From Lama guanicoe (Eukaryota): a stretch of DNA of 64,000 nucleotides. The notes beneath the pieces are model-generated. The model saw only the letters and a list, made by a program, of their open reading frames with translations. It had not been told where the DNA came from and did no database searches. Made by a program: the position numbers and the translations under genes. Where the stretch lies: assembly GCA_013239625.1 (NCBI GenBank), contig MU054187.1, positions 17,414,711 through 17,478,710 of the forward strand, written 5' to 3'. Of this stretch, positions 25,621-39,475 are shown one piece after another (the stretch's first letter is position 1; each line of letters starts with the position of its first letter).

Positions 25621-27419
25621 AGTGATGATTTTGATACTATCTTTGGTCCATATTAGAAACTGTTGTTCAAGTGGGCTATTATAGCACATTACTTTCCTAT
25701 TGTAAAACTTTACCAAGTGGCAGCCTTATATGGGTAGAAAAAAATTCCATAGGAAGAGGAAATCTCGTGTTCAGTAATGTTACAGCTGAGAACATTCACA
25801 TCAATTGGAATATCTGGATCTCATCACTGTTTTTAGGATGCAATTTCTTTGTAGTAAGACAGTGGTGACAATGTTATCAAAGGATGAACAATGTCTGGGC
25901 TCAAGCATACCTGTCCAACGTGCCCAGTTGTCTTAAGTTTTACAAGCTTAATTTGATGTTGGTTGTCAGGTGATCACCATGTTAGATAGAACATGCACAA
26001 TTTACACCCTCTTCAAGAGTTTAATGAAAACCAGTACAATTCTTGCCTGAGTCTTCTTTAAAAAAACCCAAAGACATCTCACTTCAACAGCTCATTTAGA
26101 GAAATATACCAGATGGAGTCCACGCTCATATTTTCTTTGCGAAAATGTAGAAAGTGACTGTGGAAATGCCATTTTCTTCCTTTGTGGGGAAACATCAATA
26201 TTTACTTAAAATTTTATATTACAAAGACATTCGCAAGTAATTGTGCAATTAATCATAAACTATGTCTATACCATTTGTTTATAAAACCCTAAATAATAAA
26301 CTATTTTAATATTGTATATGCTTATCTGATTGTTCACCAGTGATAAACTTCTCAGCATAAGGTAAAAACCATAGGTATTATTTATCTTCTGGGACAAGCC
26401 TTTCTAGCCCTAACAGATTCAGTTTAATATTTCTCTCTAACAAATGAGGAATAAAATAATTTACAATAAATTAATTATTTCCTCTTCTAAAATTACTGAT
26501 AACACAAATCCAGTCAGAAGATGTTTCAAGCCTTAGTACACTTCTCTCATTTTACATTTTTTAGATGAATGGGACTATAATTAATAACAATAATAATTTT
26601 GTCAGTGATTACCAGAACAAGTATCTGGAAACTATGACTTAATCATATGTAAGATAGCATTTTAAGAGATATAAATGTGTATTTAGATGAAGATATAGAC
26701 ACAGAGCATATACACACAATATGTATAAGAAACAAGATATGTAGCTCCACAGTGGTACACCCCATTGTTCTGAGCTGCTCTGAAATGCAGTTACTTAATA
26801 TGAGTTCTCTTGCATAAAGGGCATTATTTTCTGTATTGAGATTCAAAGAAAGAATTTGCTAACGTTTCTATCGCAACTAAAAATCTTGGCATCCCATCCT
26901 TCAACCAGTAATTTGAAAATCTTACAATTATCTGCAAGGGATGTTGTCAGTGACAAAAAAATGAAGACTGATAATATGTTAAAATTAATCATACTTTAAA
27001 TTCATCTGCCAATTTGCCTTTTAAATTGATTCATGTTTCTCAGAAAATATGCTAATCCTTATGTCACTTTTTCTACCATGTAGACCAACTATATTTAAAA
27101 ACCACAAGAAGATAATTTTATTTTCCTTTACTGTATTCTTCTGTAACTTGCATCATGTTTTCTTATTTTCTTTTCATTCTACTACTGAGATATTATGTAT
27201 ATTTAGACTTTGGATTTGATTTATGCAGGAAAACACATAAAATGGATAGGTTCTTAATTTTAATACCATTAAAGATAAATTTCTTAATTTTATAGTTTAA
27301 TTATTTTTGGAAACACAAACCAAAGAGAGGAAAGTAAATTTGAAATGTAAAGAGATAACCAAGTTGGCATTTTTCATCTCAGACTTTATGTCTGAGCTAT
27401 TCAATGGGACAGAATGTAT

Positions 27420-28000
27420 TATAATAACAAAAATTTGCTTTTGCAGGGAGCCTGATCTTTGCTTCTGCATTGTCTCATCTCTTTTAATCACATCCAGTTT
27501 ATTTTTCATCTCAGACATTGTATTTTTTTATCTCTAAGAGCTCAATTTAGGTTATTATATCCTTTATGTCTCTCTTTAAGATGTTAATGCTTTCCTTTTC
27601 CTATTGGAACCTATGGAAATTAATTATGATAACTGTTTGAATGTCTTTGTTTACTGATTAAACCATTGGCATCATTTTTCTGTTTTTATTAATTAATTTT
27701 TCTCCTTGTTATGGGTTATCTTTTCCTTCTACTTTGCATCCTTGGTAATTGTAGATTGCAAATTAGATATTGTGAATTTTACTTTATTGGTTGCTGGGAT
27801 TTTTTTGTGTGTCTTATTTCATGTATTTGTAACTGTACTTTAGGAAGTAGTTAAGAATTGCTTTGATCATTTTGAGGCTTGCTTGTAAGCCTTACATGGG
27901 TACAACAAAAACAGAATTTAGTTTAGTGCTAATATGGCCACCCTACTAAGGCTATACCCACTGAATACTCTTTGGGTATTGAATATGCTAATTGATGCTG
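27420..28000 (-). mobile_element. Ancient L1M ORF1/5' fragment
   Basis: TTTTTCATCTCAGACATTGTATTTTT...TTTTCTCCTTGTTATGGGTTAT...ATATTGTGAATTTTAC...TTGGTTGCTGG. Confidence 0.6.
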
Positions 28001-30999
28001 CATGTATTAACTTATATCAAGTTATATTTGTATAACCTCAAAGCAATAAATGCAACACAAAAAAATAATTCTTTAAATTAAATTGTATTAAATAAAATAA
28101 AAATATTTTCTTCTAGTAATTGTAGTATTTTAACATATTTACAAACTTCATCCCTATGAAATGTGTTTTGTTAATAAATGTGGAAAAAAAAGTCAGCTTT
28201 ATTTTTTACAGATGACCAGGGACCTATTCAAACACCAACATTTAACTGTATTATAAAAAACAGTATGCTGTTGGTTTATACAGGTTATCATTATAATTAA
28301 CAGCTTTCTACAACTCACTCTCCTGTGCTACTTGTTGTTCGATGTCTAAAAATTATTATTTAATATACTTTGTTTACTTTTAGTTGTTTAAATGAGAAGA
28401 TCAAATCCTGTTCCTATTATTCTATCTTGTCCAGAAATACAAGTCCTAAGTGAAATTTAATACCAAAGAAAAAACAATTTTGAATTTTACAACAAATGTG
28501 TCACTGTCGTTAGCTGTCTTCCCACGCCTGAGACACATGGGTAACTCCTACCCATTGTTACAGCTTTATGATAAGCAAACTTCCACAACTGTGCTTCCTG
28601 AGCATGTGAGCATAGTTTTAACTTACTGATTACATATATTCTCTAATTATCCATTATTTGGTCCTTCTTTTTGATTAGATGTTGATTTCCACATTTTTCT
28701 GATAGTTCACAGGAATTTCTATCAGTAACAACACCAAGAGCAACAACAATAAAGATCACCTTGGGGGACCAAATTTATATCACATTACCAACTTCTTATT
28801 TTGCTTCCATAAAAAATCTGCAAAATGCAACCACTAACATCGGCATCCTTAGAATGTAAACAAGGCATTCTAATCTCAAAAGCAACATTGTTTTGTTTAA
28901 CTTAATAAAGTTCACATTATAAAAGAATTTCTTACGGCATCATCCTTAATATCCTCAGTATAGACAAATCGAGGGGCTTTTCTTTCAGTTGTTTGAGACC
29001 AGGGATGATGTATTCATCTCTGCAGTCTGGTAGGTGGCCAATGTTTGACAAAAAGTGGATGTTCAAAAAGTTCTTGACTAAGTGATGGAATTCATGAGAT
29101 CAGCCCTGCAGTTCTTAAAACTTTAAATTACTCTTTAATTCTAAAGTCATCAGACAATTTTTAGAGGGATTTCTAAATCGTGTTGTCAGCCTTTATTTCC
29201 TCATCTGAGGGAAACGGTAGAAACAGTTGGCTTTAGTGCTCTCCAAGCTTCTGTGTCCTTTACATGTGTATGATTTAATCATTATTATTTTCAAGATTTG
29301 CTCAACTATTTGAGGTGATTCAGTCTCTTATTAAAATTACAGATTTTATATCACATACTTGAATATATTAACAAATAACTTACTGATAAATGACAACACC
29401 CATAACGTCAATTTAATATGATTTCCATGAATTAATCACTTCAATATAGCTCTTAATATTATTATTAATATTATTATTCTTAATAACAAGAATATTAATT
29501 CATCTAATAGGGGTTAGGATATTTACATAATATTGCCTAAAACTTTTTTCTTAATGTTTTAAGCCAGTTCTCCTAGGAAATACTATCTGGGAAGACAATA
29601 GGGAAAAAAAAGAACTTTGATTAATTTAATGCCATTTAATCCAAACTAAAGAGGACTCCATGTATAAGGTATCTGAGAAAACTCATTCACAATTATAGAG
29701 TCAGATAAATGGCTGTATATACTTAAATAAGAAAGAGGGGGTTTTTTTGGTATAGAAACAAGTGCTCTACATTTTACCTAAGAGAAAATATAAAATCTGA
29801 GTTCACTGAAAATTTGCCTCATTGCCGTCTGTTAGTCCATGGCTGCCCAATCCATGGGACCCCAGTTAAGAACTATCCTATCATCTGTACATCAGAGGAG
29901 AATGCCTGTGTGCTATGCTGATAGTCACTCTAAACAAATATTTATAGAGTTGTGATCAGAGATATAAAATGTCAGTTCCAAATCCACCCATGATGGCACA
30001 TATACCAGACAGATGACAAAGCCTGGCTCAGGTTATAAAAGCCTGTGAAATACTTGAATCATATTTTGCAACCCTTGAAAGAATTCAAGTTGGAGATTAG
30101 CAGAAACCAGGCTCAGTTCGGCCCGTAATCCCCTTTATCTGTCTTCTAGCCAACAAAATGAAAACCTGAAAGCCAAGCTGACAAATAGAGTGTGAAGGGC
30201 CTTCTACTACATTTAAGAAAAAAACAGGACTGCTATAGCTAGACGTTATCTTTTATATTATTACTGTTGTTGTTGTTATTCATAGAAGTAATGAAAAAAT
30301 ACCTAAATGATATTCTTCTGCTGTTATTATAAGTAACACTCAATAAATTAACTTTCTTTATGTTACATTGGGCATATAACATGAAAACGTGTGCAGAGAA
30401 TAGAAATCGTTATCTGTAAAGACAAATGCACCTGTAATACAGAAATCTATTATTTTAAGTCCAGGCAATTGGATCCATTAAGATGTAAGAGCGTTTCAGT
30501 ACAGTCCTGCTAAAAATAAAACTTAGAAGTAAATTAAAAAAGAGAGAAATGACGCTAGTTAGATATAAAGTATAAGATTATTCTATGTATATGGGACAGG
30601 ATTGAACCTTCTATGGAGTTGCATGTAGGAAAAGCAGTAATAGTGACACATCAAGTTATGTCCTCATCGAATATAGACATTTCAAGAAAGGTGACGAGTA
30701 CTATATACTGAATGTAAGACACATGACATTCAAGTTAATTGTAAAAGAGAAAAGAAAAAGAAGCAAGAGAGATGCTTTCTGTTAAGAGACTAGGCTGAGC
30801 TGATATTAAAAGTCATTCCTTCCAATCTGAGCACGCAGTCATACATGTGTTTTCTTTCATGCATTGCTTTTACATGTAACAACACACAAAAAGCAAATGG
30901 ACAAATGTACACACAAAGGAGGGGATTCCCAGTCCCAAGATTTAAGAAGAAAAAGCAAATTCAGCATTAGAGTAATGAGTAGGAGCTGGAACCAAGAAA

Positions 31000-32160
31000 T
31001 TCAAGGGGGGCCCAGAAACAAAATGCCTTGTTTTTAAGTGCTGGGTTTAAATACCTGTTGTCTTCTCCGAAACAAAAATAGATGCTGGAAAACAACAGAA
31101 TAATATCTTCAAAGAACTGAGGACATACAGCTATACAAATTAAAATTCTATACCGCATTTTAAAAAATCACTCAAGAACAAGAAGTTAAAGAAAGATATT
31201 TTCATTCATAGAGACACAAAGAGGAATTATCACACACAAACTGTAACCAAAATAAATAAACAAAAATGACTGAAGCAGCAGAGGCAGCTTCTGAAATCGC
31301 CTGAGAAGCACTAAAAAATATTCTGACACCTGAATCCAATAGTCGTAGATTTTTTTTTTAACCTAAGTGATCTAGATGGTCCTTGAATACTGACAGCTTT
31401 AAAAACTTCTCACAGAATTCTCATGTATTTTTGTCAAGATTGGAGACCACTGGCAAAGAATGTTCTTCAATACAAAAGAAAATAAACGTAAAAAGAAGTA
31501 GTGTGTGCTGAACAGTGATGAGCAAAGCAATCTGTAATGCTGGGATGAACCTGAATAACTTTTGAGTGTAAAAAATAATAGTAAATAGGGCTTAGGTACA
31601 AAACTGAGAAACTAGATACCATACTGAAACATTGGAATTTAGTTTAAAATTTGGGGGTGTCTGTGAACTGCTTAGGAAGAAAATGAGATAATGATTAGTT
31701 TTAGACCTTTTTAAAGTTAGGAATACATATTGAAATTTTTAGAAGCCATTAAAAATGAATATTGCATATATGATTCATAAAAAGGGAGACCATAAAAAGA
31801 GAATGAGAAAATGTGATTAAACTAGAATAATATGGGAAAGGAAAAAAACATGGAAAAAAATAAAGAAGAAATAGATCAACATACATCAACAATAAAAATA
31901 CATTTGATTACAGAGACAATAAAAATAGATATAAAAATTCTAGTTTATGCTGCTTACAGAAGATACATATAAACTATTTTTAAGATGCAGTGTTATACTT
32001 CAATCAAAAGAATTAATTAAGTATGTGATAAATATTTTTCAAAATCACATATTTGGCATGGTGACATGCATACTGATTTTTAAAACTCAAAGCAATCATA
32101 TAGTTTTCACAGATTCATATGAATGTAGTAAAAATATTAAAGCAAGGATTTAAAGTATTT
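31000..32160 (+). mobile_element. Ancient L1 ORF1/ORF2-start fragments
   Basis: GATGCTGGAAAACAACAGAATAATATCTTCAAAGAACTGAGG...AAAATTCTATACC; TATGCTGCTTACAGAAGATACA. Strongly A-rich. Confidence 0.5.
31275..31453. mobile_element. MER5-type MITE
   Basis: AAATCGCCTGAGAAGC...TTTAAAAACTTCTCACAG...ATTCTCATGT...TTGGAGACCACTGG. Confidence 0.55.
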
Positions 32161-33729
32161 GTATTAAGTTCATGATACCAGTTATCTAAGAAAAAGGAAA
32201 AATGTGAGTAAAATGAGAGTGGAAAGGAGAAAAAAGAAGTGTGTGTGTGTACACATACACAACAGTTTTTCACAATATGATTCACTGTTCCCCACCACAA
32301 TATTAATAAGACTTCAAATAATATGAGCATATGTGCAGAAATTATAATTGTCTCATGTTTACATGTCTAGGGCAATGAGACTTACCTTACTATTTCCATC
32401 CATTCGTCAATTAAAATCCAGAAATGAGAATGGGCTGCTACAGTTTAGTCAATGAGCCAATTATTTTTACAGAACATGCTAGTTATGCACAGCTTTTCCT
32501 TGGCTTAATTACTTTTTAAAATAGCAGGCATTCATTTTATATCGTTAACTGATGATTATCACACATGCAACTAATTGGAAAATTATTATCAATATCCTTG
32601 AAATATATTTAGTTGAATCATTGGAATAATTATTTGAACTTACCCCAAAATATATTTTATAACTTTCTCCTAAAAACGGCACTTGTGTATAGCCTTCCTA
32701 AAGACAATGGCACATTTCCAAAACACAAAGTAATTGCATTAGAATTAACCCTAATATGGAGACATTTAATATTTGTGGAAACAAATTTTCTTATGAAAAT
32801 TTAGCTTCCAGAGGAAAGTAAGAGTAGAAATGTATTTAAAGACAAATTTGAAGATGAAACATTAACATCCAAATTCTATAGTGAAAGAAAAAGCGGTAGT
32901 CATTATAGAGAGAGACAAATAAAATGCAAACATTATTAGGACATATTTTGCTCAGGTACAAATAATATGTGGTAAGTTGTAACATCCATTATTGCACTAT
33001 TTTTAGCCTAATTTAATATTTCATTTCAAATATTAAAACAAGTCATTTGCTATTTACTAAAAAGCACCTAGAATGGTTGAAGTAAAATAATTTTCAGAGA
33101 ATACATTAAAATGGGACTATCAAGGAAGACACAAGCTTAATTGTCATTATTGAAAATTTGCAAATCAGCCATGACAATATACATTTTTCCAATTTAAAAT
33201 GAATGTTGAGTTTATATACATATGTAGGCAACTTATCATATTGATTATTTAATGATTTTTCTTCTGTAAATCAAATATAATCTCATCTAAGTATCTAAGT
33301 ATGGTTGAAAAACTTTAATAAACATATTTTTATGTGTTTCTTCAGATGCTAGAAAATGGAAACAATTTCAATTATTTGTCATTTTCTTTTGGAATCTCTT
33401 GGCTTCCTGAAAATGATTGTGTTAAGACACTGGAGAAATATCTGTAGGAAGAAACAGAGGCCACGAAAATGGATACCTACTGTTTCCTCATCAGAAAAAA
33501 ATAAAATGAAAATTCTTGTCTATCCATTTCAAGGTGCATTCAGGGATGCTCATACTATAGAATCTGAAAATTGAATACATACTCACTATCAACTAGACAG
33601 CCCTCCTGATTACTCACCCATTCCATCCTAAGCAAGCTATTCTTTGAATTCAGAGGGGTCCTTTAATCCTTTCTCTCTTGACCACTCACATCTCCAGATT
33701 TTCTTACTTCATGGCATATTGGTGTTTAA

Positions 33730-33900
33730 TTTATTAACAAACACTCGTTGAGCAATTACTATATGTGCTAAGCAGTGGGGATCAAAGATGGATGAATATT
33801 CATTTGTCTTGAAGGAGTACCCAGTCTGGTGGTGGGAGGCAGAACTGTGAACAGATGGCTGCATAAAGAGGCAAAATAAAGTCTTGCTTATTTGGAAGGA
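33730..33900 (-). mobile_element. L2 3' end fragment
   Basis: TTAACAAACACTCGTTGAGCAATTACTATATGTGCTAAGC...TTGAAGGAGTACCCAGTCTGGTGG. Confidence 0.6.
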
Positions 33901-34169
33901 AAGTCCCCATAATCAAGCAACAAGTAAAATCATTTCATTGTCCAAGCCATGAACTTGTGACTGAGAATGCACAAGCATACTTATTTATTATCCGTCATAG
34001 ATGAGCACCTGTTATAATCACAAAGAGAAGGATGTCATGCATGGAGCTGTCACATTCAGAAGGTAAGGAAGTGGCACAATGAGAACAGAGGAAAGGAAAT
34101 AAACATGACAGCAGATTAAAAGTTTACTAATTGTCCTTACTATTATTAATCTATTTTGGCAAGTAATAG

Positions 34170-34620
34170 TAGTCATTGACATTAGCATTTTTTTCACCCA
34201 AGACTTGAAATCAAACGTGAGCTATTAGTATTACAAAGATAGTAATAATTAAATTCATTCACAAAATTGATAAAAATAGATCAACACCGTAGACCTATTC
34301 ATTAGAAACAAAGTAGTTAGAACAACTAGACTCATTAATAGTTCTTTGTCAGCTAAAGTGACAGAGGTCAATCCTGGGCCAGAGGCTACTTAGTATTTTC
34401 ATCCAGACTAGGATGAGAGAAAAGTCTGTGAATTTAGTAATTTACAGTTTTCTTTAGTTGTTAAATCTGATTAACACTTTGAGTGTCAAGATCAAAATTC
34501 AGGATGACCATAATGACCTTGACAAACTGGAGAAGTGGTTTAAAACAATGCAATTCAATAAGTTTAAGGGTCAGAAATGGACTTTAAGTGGATTGGAAGG
34601 AAATGGTAATTACAATACTG
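34170..34620 (+). mobile_element. CR1/L3 LINE reverse transcriptase remnant
   Basis: SILGQRLLSIFI (34368) and IKIQDDHNDLDKLEKWFKTMQFNKFK resemble CR1 RT motifs SVLGPxLFNIFINDL and IQxDLDRLExWAxxNxMxFNxxKC. Confidence 0.75.
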
Positions 34621-34953
34621 TAGGTGATACCATGCTAGTGAGAATGTGTTTGTGTGTGACATAAAGAATAATAAATAATACTGAATGTGACTTGAGTCAA
34701 GAATATAGCAACCACTTTTTTTCTCTCATCTTGGTGTTAGTGCTCACTCATTTACAAATATTTGTAATACATTTCATCAAAATTTACTCAAGTTAAATCC
34801 TGTATGCCTGCTGATAAAATTAAATGTAATTCTAAGATGTATAAATAAGGAGAATGGAATAAAGGTGCATGTAAATGGGTGAATATTAATGAATTTACTT
34901 TGCATCATGCATTACAGATACTATTTATGCATTTAGCTTGTTACTAACACGTT

Positions 34954-35330
34954 AATTCATTCATTTATTCATTAATCATTAAATATTTATAGAGCTTCTG
35001 CTATGTCCCAGGCACTGCATTAGGTGCTGAAATACAAAGCTGGGAAAAGCAAGCATTGTCCATATTTTCTTAGAGCCTACAGTCTAAAGAATAATAACTA
35101 ATTCTAGTAAATATAGACAGGGTACTATGAGTCATGGTACAGGAACAGGAAGCCTTGCTCTCATCTGGAAGGGTGAGGAGAGGCGTCCCTGGTGAGATGT
35201 CTTCTTAACTGATGTACGAGGTACGTAGCCTTAATGGACAAGAGAGAAAAGGGGACAAGGGAGTAAAGTATTTCTTGCAAAGGGGAAAGCAAATATTAAG
35301 CATTTGAGCTTCAAAAAAGCAATGCTTCTT
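34954..35330 (-). mobile_element. L2 LINE 3' end
   Basis: ATTCATTCATTTATTCATT...AAATATTTATAGAGCTTCTGCTATGTCCCAGGCACTGCATTAGGTGCTG. Confidence 0.85.
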
Positions 35331-36429
35331 GTTGATAGTACAGTCTCAGTTAGATTTCTGATTGTTAATACATTGCATAAAAGTGGAGGAGTGGATTTCT
35401 GCCAAAATCGGGGCATACAGTAGGATTTAAAATGTGATCTGTGACATCAGTGACTTTACATTGCGATGGGACTGAGAGAAATGCTATAGAGTCAAAGAAG
35501 CACTGCTGTACATCAAGGTTTCTGTTGAAATAGGTACCCTGCTCTTGAGATCAAGATGCTCTTGACTGAGAAACAATGACTTCAAATAAGAGTTCCAGAC
35601 TGAAACTCAGAAAGACAACCGATCTGACATGATTTAAATTTGAGCTGCTGCTCGGACAGGCAATTTATACTTCGGGGTAAATGGAAGCTGGGATTGCTTT
35701 CTCTAATGATATCAATGATTCATTTTACTGTTAAATTTGGTTTAATATTTTCATTTTACAAATCCCTGACCTCAAAAACTCTCTAATGGAGAGCAGGGGA
35801 AAGGGAAAGGGCTATCTTGTTTAGTTCCATTATCTTGAATTTTAAAGTTACATTGAGCCACGTGATCTCCACTATTGCTTGAGTAGGAGCACGCCCAGCG
35901 AGTACTGGTAACGGAGGAGACTGGCTCGTTTTAATGGCCATCAGTGATGGGTTGCAGAGGAATTCAGGTAAAACAACTCTTTTGCATAGTTCATAGTCAA
36001 TTATTTCCACTTACAGAAAAATACCAAAGCCTAGAAACATTTAAATGGTGAATAATCTGCAACATTCACATTTTTCCTTGAGGCTTTCCCTGGATTGTAC
36101 AAACCAGATGCTAAACACATTTAGGTTTTGAAAGACATGTTTTGGAAGTTTACTGGAGATATTCTAAGAAATACCTTCATGTTAAAATAATCTCCAAATA
36201 TTTCAGGAATAACTGGAATCTCTCTGTAAATAATTCATGCCTTAATTAATTATTATTATTCTTCCCAATAAATACTAAAACATTTCTGGAAGAGATAACA
36301 TATTAAGAAGTGATACTGCTTCTATGTCATAAAGCATAAGAATATCTCTATTAGGAAACTTATTACATTTTGCTACATTTTTGTCTGTCTCCTCTTCCAG
36401 ATTACATACTTAAAAAAAAAAGCTGTGTG

Positions 36430-37290
36430 CAGGTCTAACTTGTCTACATACGCATTTGGGTTGTATCCAGTTTCAGATATTTTACGAATGGTGCTACAAT
36501 TTTTTGTGTACAAATTTGTGTGACATAAACCTTCATTTCTCTTGGGTATGTACCTAAGCATGTCATTGCTGGGTCACATGTAAAAGTATATTTAATTTTA
36601 AAACTTGCATGCTATAAGCTCATTAACAATATATAAGTGTTCATGTTTCTCTAGGCCTACACCAAAACTTGGAATTGTCAATCTTTTAAATTTTAGACAT
36701 TACAGTGGTAGATAGTGATATCTCATTATAATTATAATTTGTACATCTTTGATGGAACCATTTCTAAATACATAAAAATTATATATACTCTATGATTATA
36801 TATGTTATATGTAAATATAGAGAGTGTATTTATATATCTTTGAATATATATATCTTATAGGCTCTTTGTTTACCTTCCCTTTATTTTCAAGTGCCTAATT
36901 TTTTTTGCCATTTCTCCCATTGAGTTGTCTCTTTAGTTTTAAAGTATAAAAATTCTTTATTCTATATATAAACTCTTTGCCAGATATTGATGTTGCAAAC
37001 ATTTTCCCAAGTGTGATCATGCCTGTTGATTTTCTTAATTTTGATTTTCACAGAGCAGAAGTTTTAAATTTTGATACATTCTAAATTATCAATGTTTTGT
37101 TTTATGTCTCACACTTTTTTATCTAAAAATTATTTTCCTGTCCTAATACCATGTATTCCCTTTGGTGTCTTCCAGATTTGTTATAGTTTGGGTTTTTATG
37201 CTTAAATCTATGAATTAATTAAGTTATTTTTAAGATTATTTTATATAAAGGTCATGGTAGTGTTTTTCCATATACATACCCAATTGTTCT
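36430..37290 (-). mobile_element. Old L1M ORF2 3' fragment
   Basis: TTCATTTCTCTTGGGTATGTACCTAAG...ATTGCTGGGTCA; GTTGCAAACATTTTCCCA; GAGCAGAAGTTTTAAATTTTGAT. Confidence 0.8.
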
Positions 37291-37305
37291 GTTATTCCTC
37301 AAAAG

Positions 37306-37485
37306 CAGTGCTAGCCAATAGAAATATAATATGAAACATATATAATTTTTATCTCACAGTAGCCACATTGAAACTGTAAGAATAAAGATGTGCAAATAAT
37401 TTTTACCATGTAATTTATGTAACCTCATATATACAAAATAATATTATTTCAATACATAATCAATATAAAAATATTAGTGAAATTA
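37306..37485 (+). mobile_element. MER33 hAT-Charlie element (5' half)
   Basis: CAGTGCTAGCCAATAGAAATATAATATGA...GTAGCCACATT...ATTTCAATACATAATCAATATAAAAATATT. Confidence 0.8.
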
Positions 37486-38194
37486 GAAATAAAGTTCAAT
37501 AAAAAACACACTGGAGTGGCTATAAATGGTATGCCACAAAGTAAAAGTGTAAACTATTAAATCTGAGAGAGAGCAACTAAGCAAGAAGCCAAAAGGCAAA
37601 GCTGCCTTTAAAAACAGGAAAAGAAAACAGTATAAAGTACAGGGATAAACTATGAACAGGAGCATGTCGAGCAGAGCAAGGGGGCTGGCCGTCCACACAG
37701 AGGGCACAGCACCTAGAATGCTGTCTTTGCAGCCAGCTTGCTACATTTTAAAGATGTGTGCAAATTCTACTTCCCTTCTCTTAGGGATCACAGTCCTTAG
37801 ATCCCTGTTGTTAATTTCTGAACCCACATGACTATGCAGGTTGTTCCATTTTCTGGTTGTTCAGGAAGGAGCAGAAGTCTCTTATCCTTCATGAGCAGAA
37901 TCAAGGTGTGGAATTCAAGGCTGAGTGTTTCTTTTCAGTACTTTGCAAATGCCATTTTGTTTTATTTTGGCTTACACATCTTCTGACAAGCCTGCCGTAA
38001 TTCATATCTTTATTTTAATGTACATAATGTACATTTTTCTCTGGTTGCCCTCAAGATTTTCTTTTTATCACTGTTTTCAACAATTTGATTATAATGGGTA
38101 GTGGTGGTCCTGGTGGTGGTATGTGTTTCGTAAGATTCATTAACGTTTATCAATTTGTTTAATAGTTTTCATCAAATTTGACATTTTTCCCTAA

Positions 38195-39475
38195 CAAAGA
38201 CAGCATACAGATGACAAGTTAGCATACGAAAAGATGTTTGACATTATATGTCATTAGGAAATTGCCAGTTAAACAATGAGATACCACTAGACATTTATTA
38301 GAATGGCCAAAATCCAGAACTCCGCCAACATCTGATGAGGATGTGAAGCCACAGGAATTCTTTTTTTTTTAAATGGAAGCATAGTTGATGTACAATATTA
38401 TGTAAGTTACAGGTATACAATACAGTGATTCACAATGTTTAAAGGTTATACACTATTTATAGTTACTATAAAATAGTCTGTATTCCTGGTCATTGTACAA
38501 CACATCCTTGAGACTTATTTCACACCTAATAGTTTATACCTCTTAATCCCCTAGCCCTATACTGCCCCTCCTCCCTTCCCTCTCCCCAGTGGTAATCACT
38601 AGTCCGTTTGCTGTATCAGTGAGTCTTACTTCTTTTTTGTTATATTCAACCAGTTTGCTGTATGTTTTACATTCCACATATAAGGGAACTCTCACTTGTT
38701 GCTGATGGGAATGCAAAGTGGTGCAGCCACTTTGGAAGCCAGTTCGGCAGTTTCTTCCACAACTAAACATGCTCTTTCCAAATGATTCAGCTCTCAGGTC
38801 TTTGGTGTTTACTCAAATGAACCGAGAACATATGTCTACACAAAAACCTGCACACTGATGTTTATAGCAGCTTTATTGATAATTACCAAAACCTGGAAAC
38901 AGTCAAGACACCCTTTGGTGGGTGAGTGGATAAATAAACTGTGGTGCATCCAGACTATGGACTACTATTCTGTGCTAATAAGAAATGAACTATCAAACCA
39001 TGAAACACATGGAGGAATCTTAAGTGTCTCTTACTAAGAAAGAAATCAATCAAAAAGGCCACAAAATATATGAGTCCAACTACAGGACATCTGGGAAAAA
39101 GCAGAACCATGGCAGCAGTAAAAAGATTAGTAGCTGCCAAGGAGGAGGGAGGGATGGATGAATCAACAGAGGACAGAGGATTTTAGGGCAGTAAAACTAT
39201 TTTGTATAATGCCGCCATGGAGGATACATAACATCATTTGTCAAAACCCATAGAATGTACAATAGCAAGCATGAAGTCTCATGTAATCTATGGACTTTGG
39301 GTGATAACGATGTGTCCGTGTAGGGTCATCAGTTGTAACAAACGTACCACTCTGGTGTGGGAGGCTAATAGTAGGGGAGGCTGTAGTTACAAGGAATATA
39401 TGTGAATTCTCACTCTTATCACTCGTTTTTGCTATGAACATAAAATTTCTCTATAAATTAAAGTTTATTTTTTCA
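38195..39475 (+). mobile_element. L1MC1-like ORF2 end plus 3' UTR, interrupted by a younger L1
   Basis: CAATGAGATACCACTA...ATTAGAATGGCCAAAATCCAGAAC...GGTGCAGCCACTTTGGAAG; 3' UTR CAAAACCCATAGAATGTACAA...CTATGGACTTTGGGTGATAA...ACCACTCTGGTG. Confidence 0.85.
38362..38684 (-). mobile_element. Younger L1 3' UTR inserted antisense into the L1MC
   Basis: Poly-T, then ATAGTTGATGTACAATATTATGTAAGTTACAGG...CCCTTCCCTCTCCCCAGTGGTAATCACTAG...ATTCCACATATAAG. Flanks GGAATTCT (38354-38361) and GGAACTCT (38685-38692) form a TSD. Confidence 0.85.
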
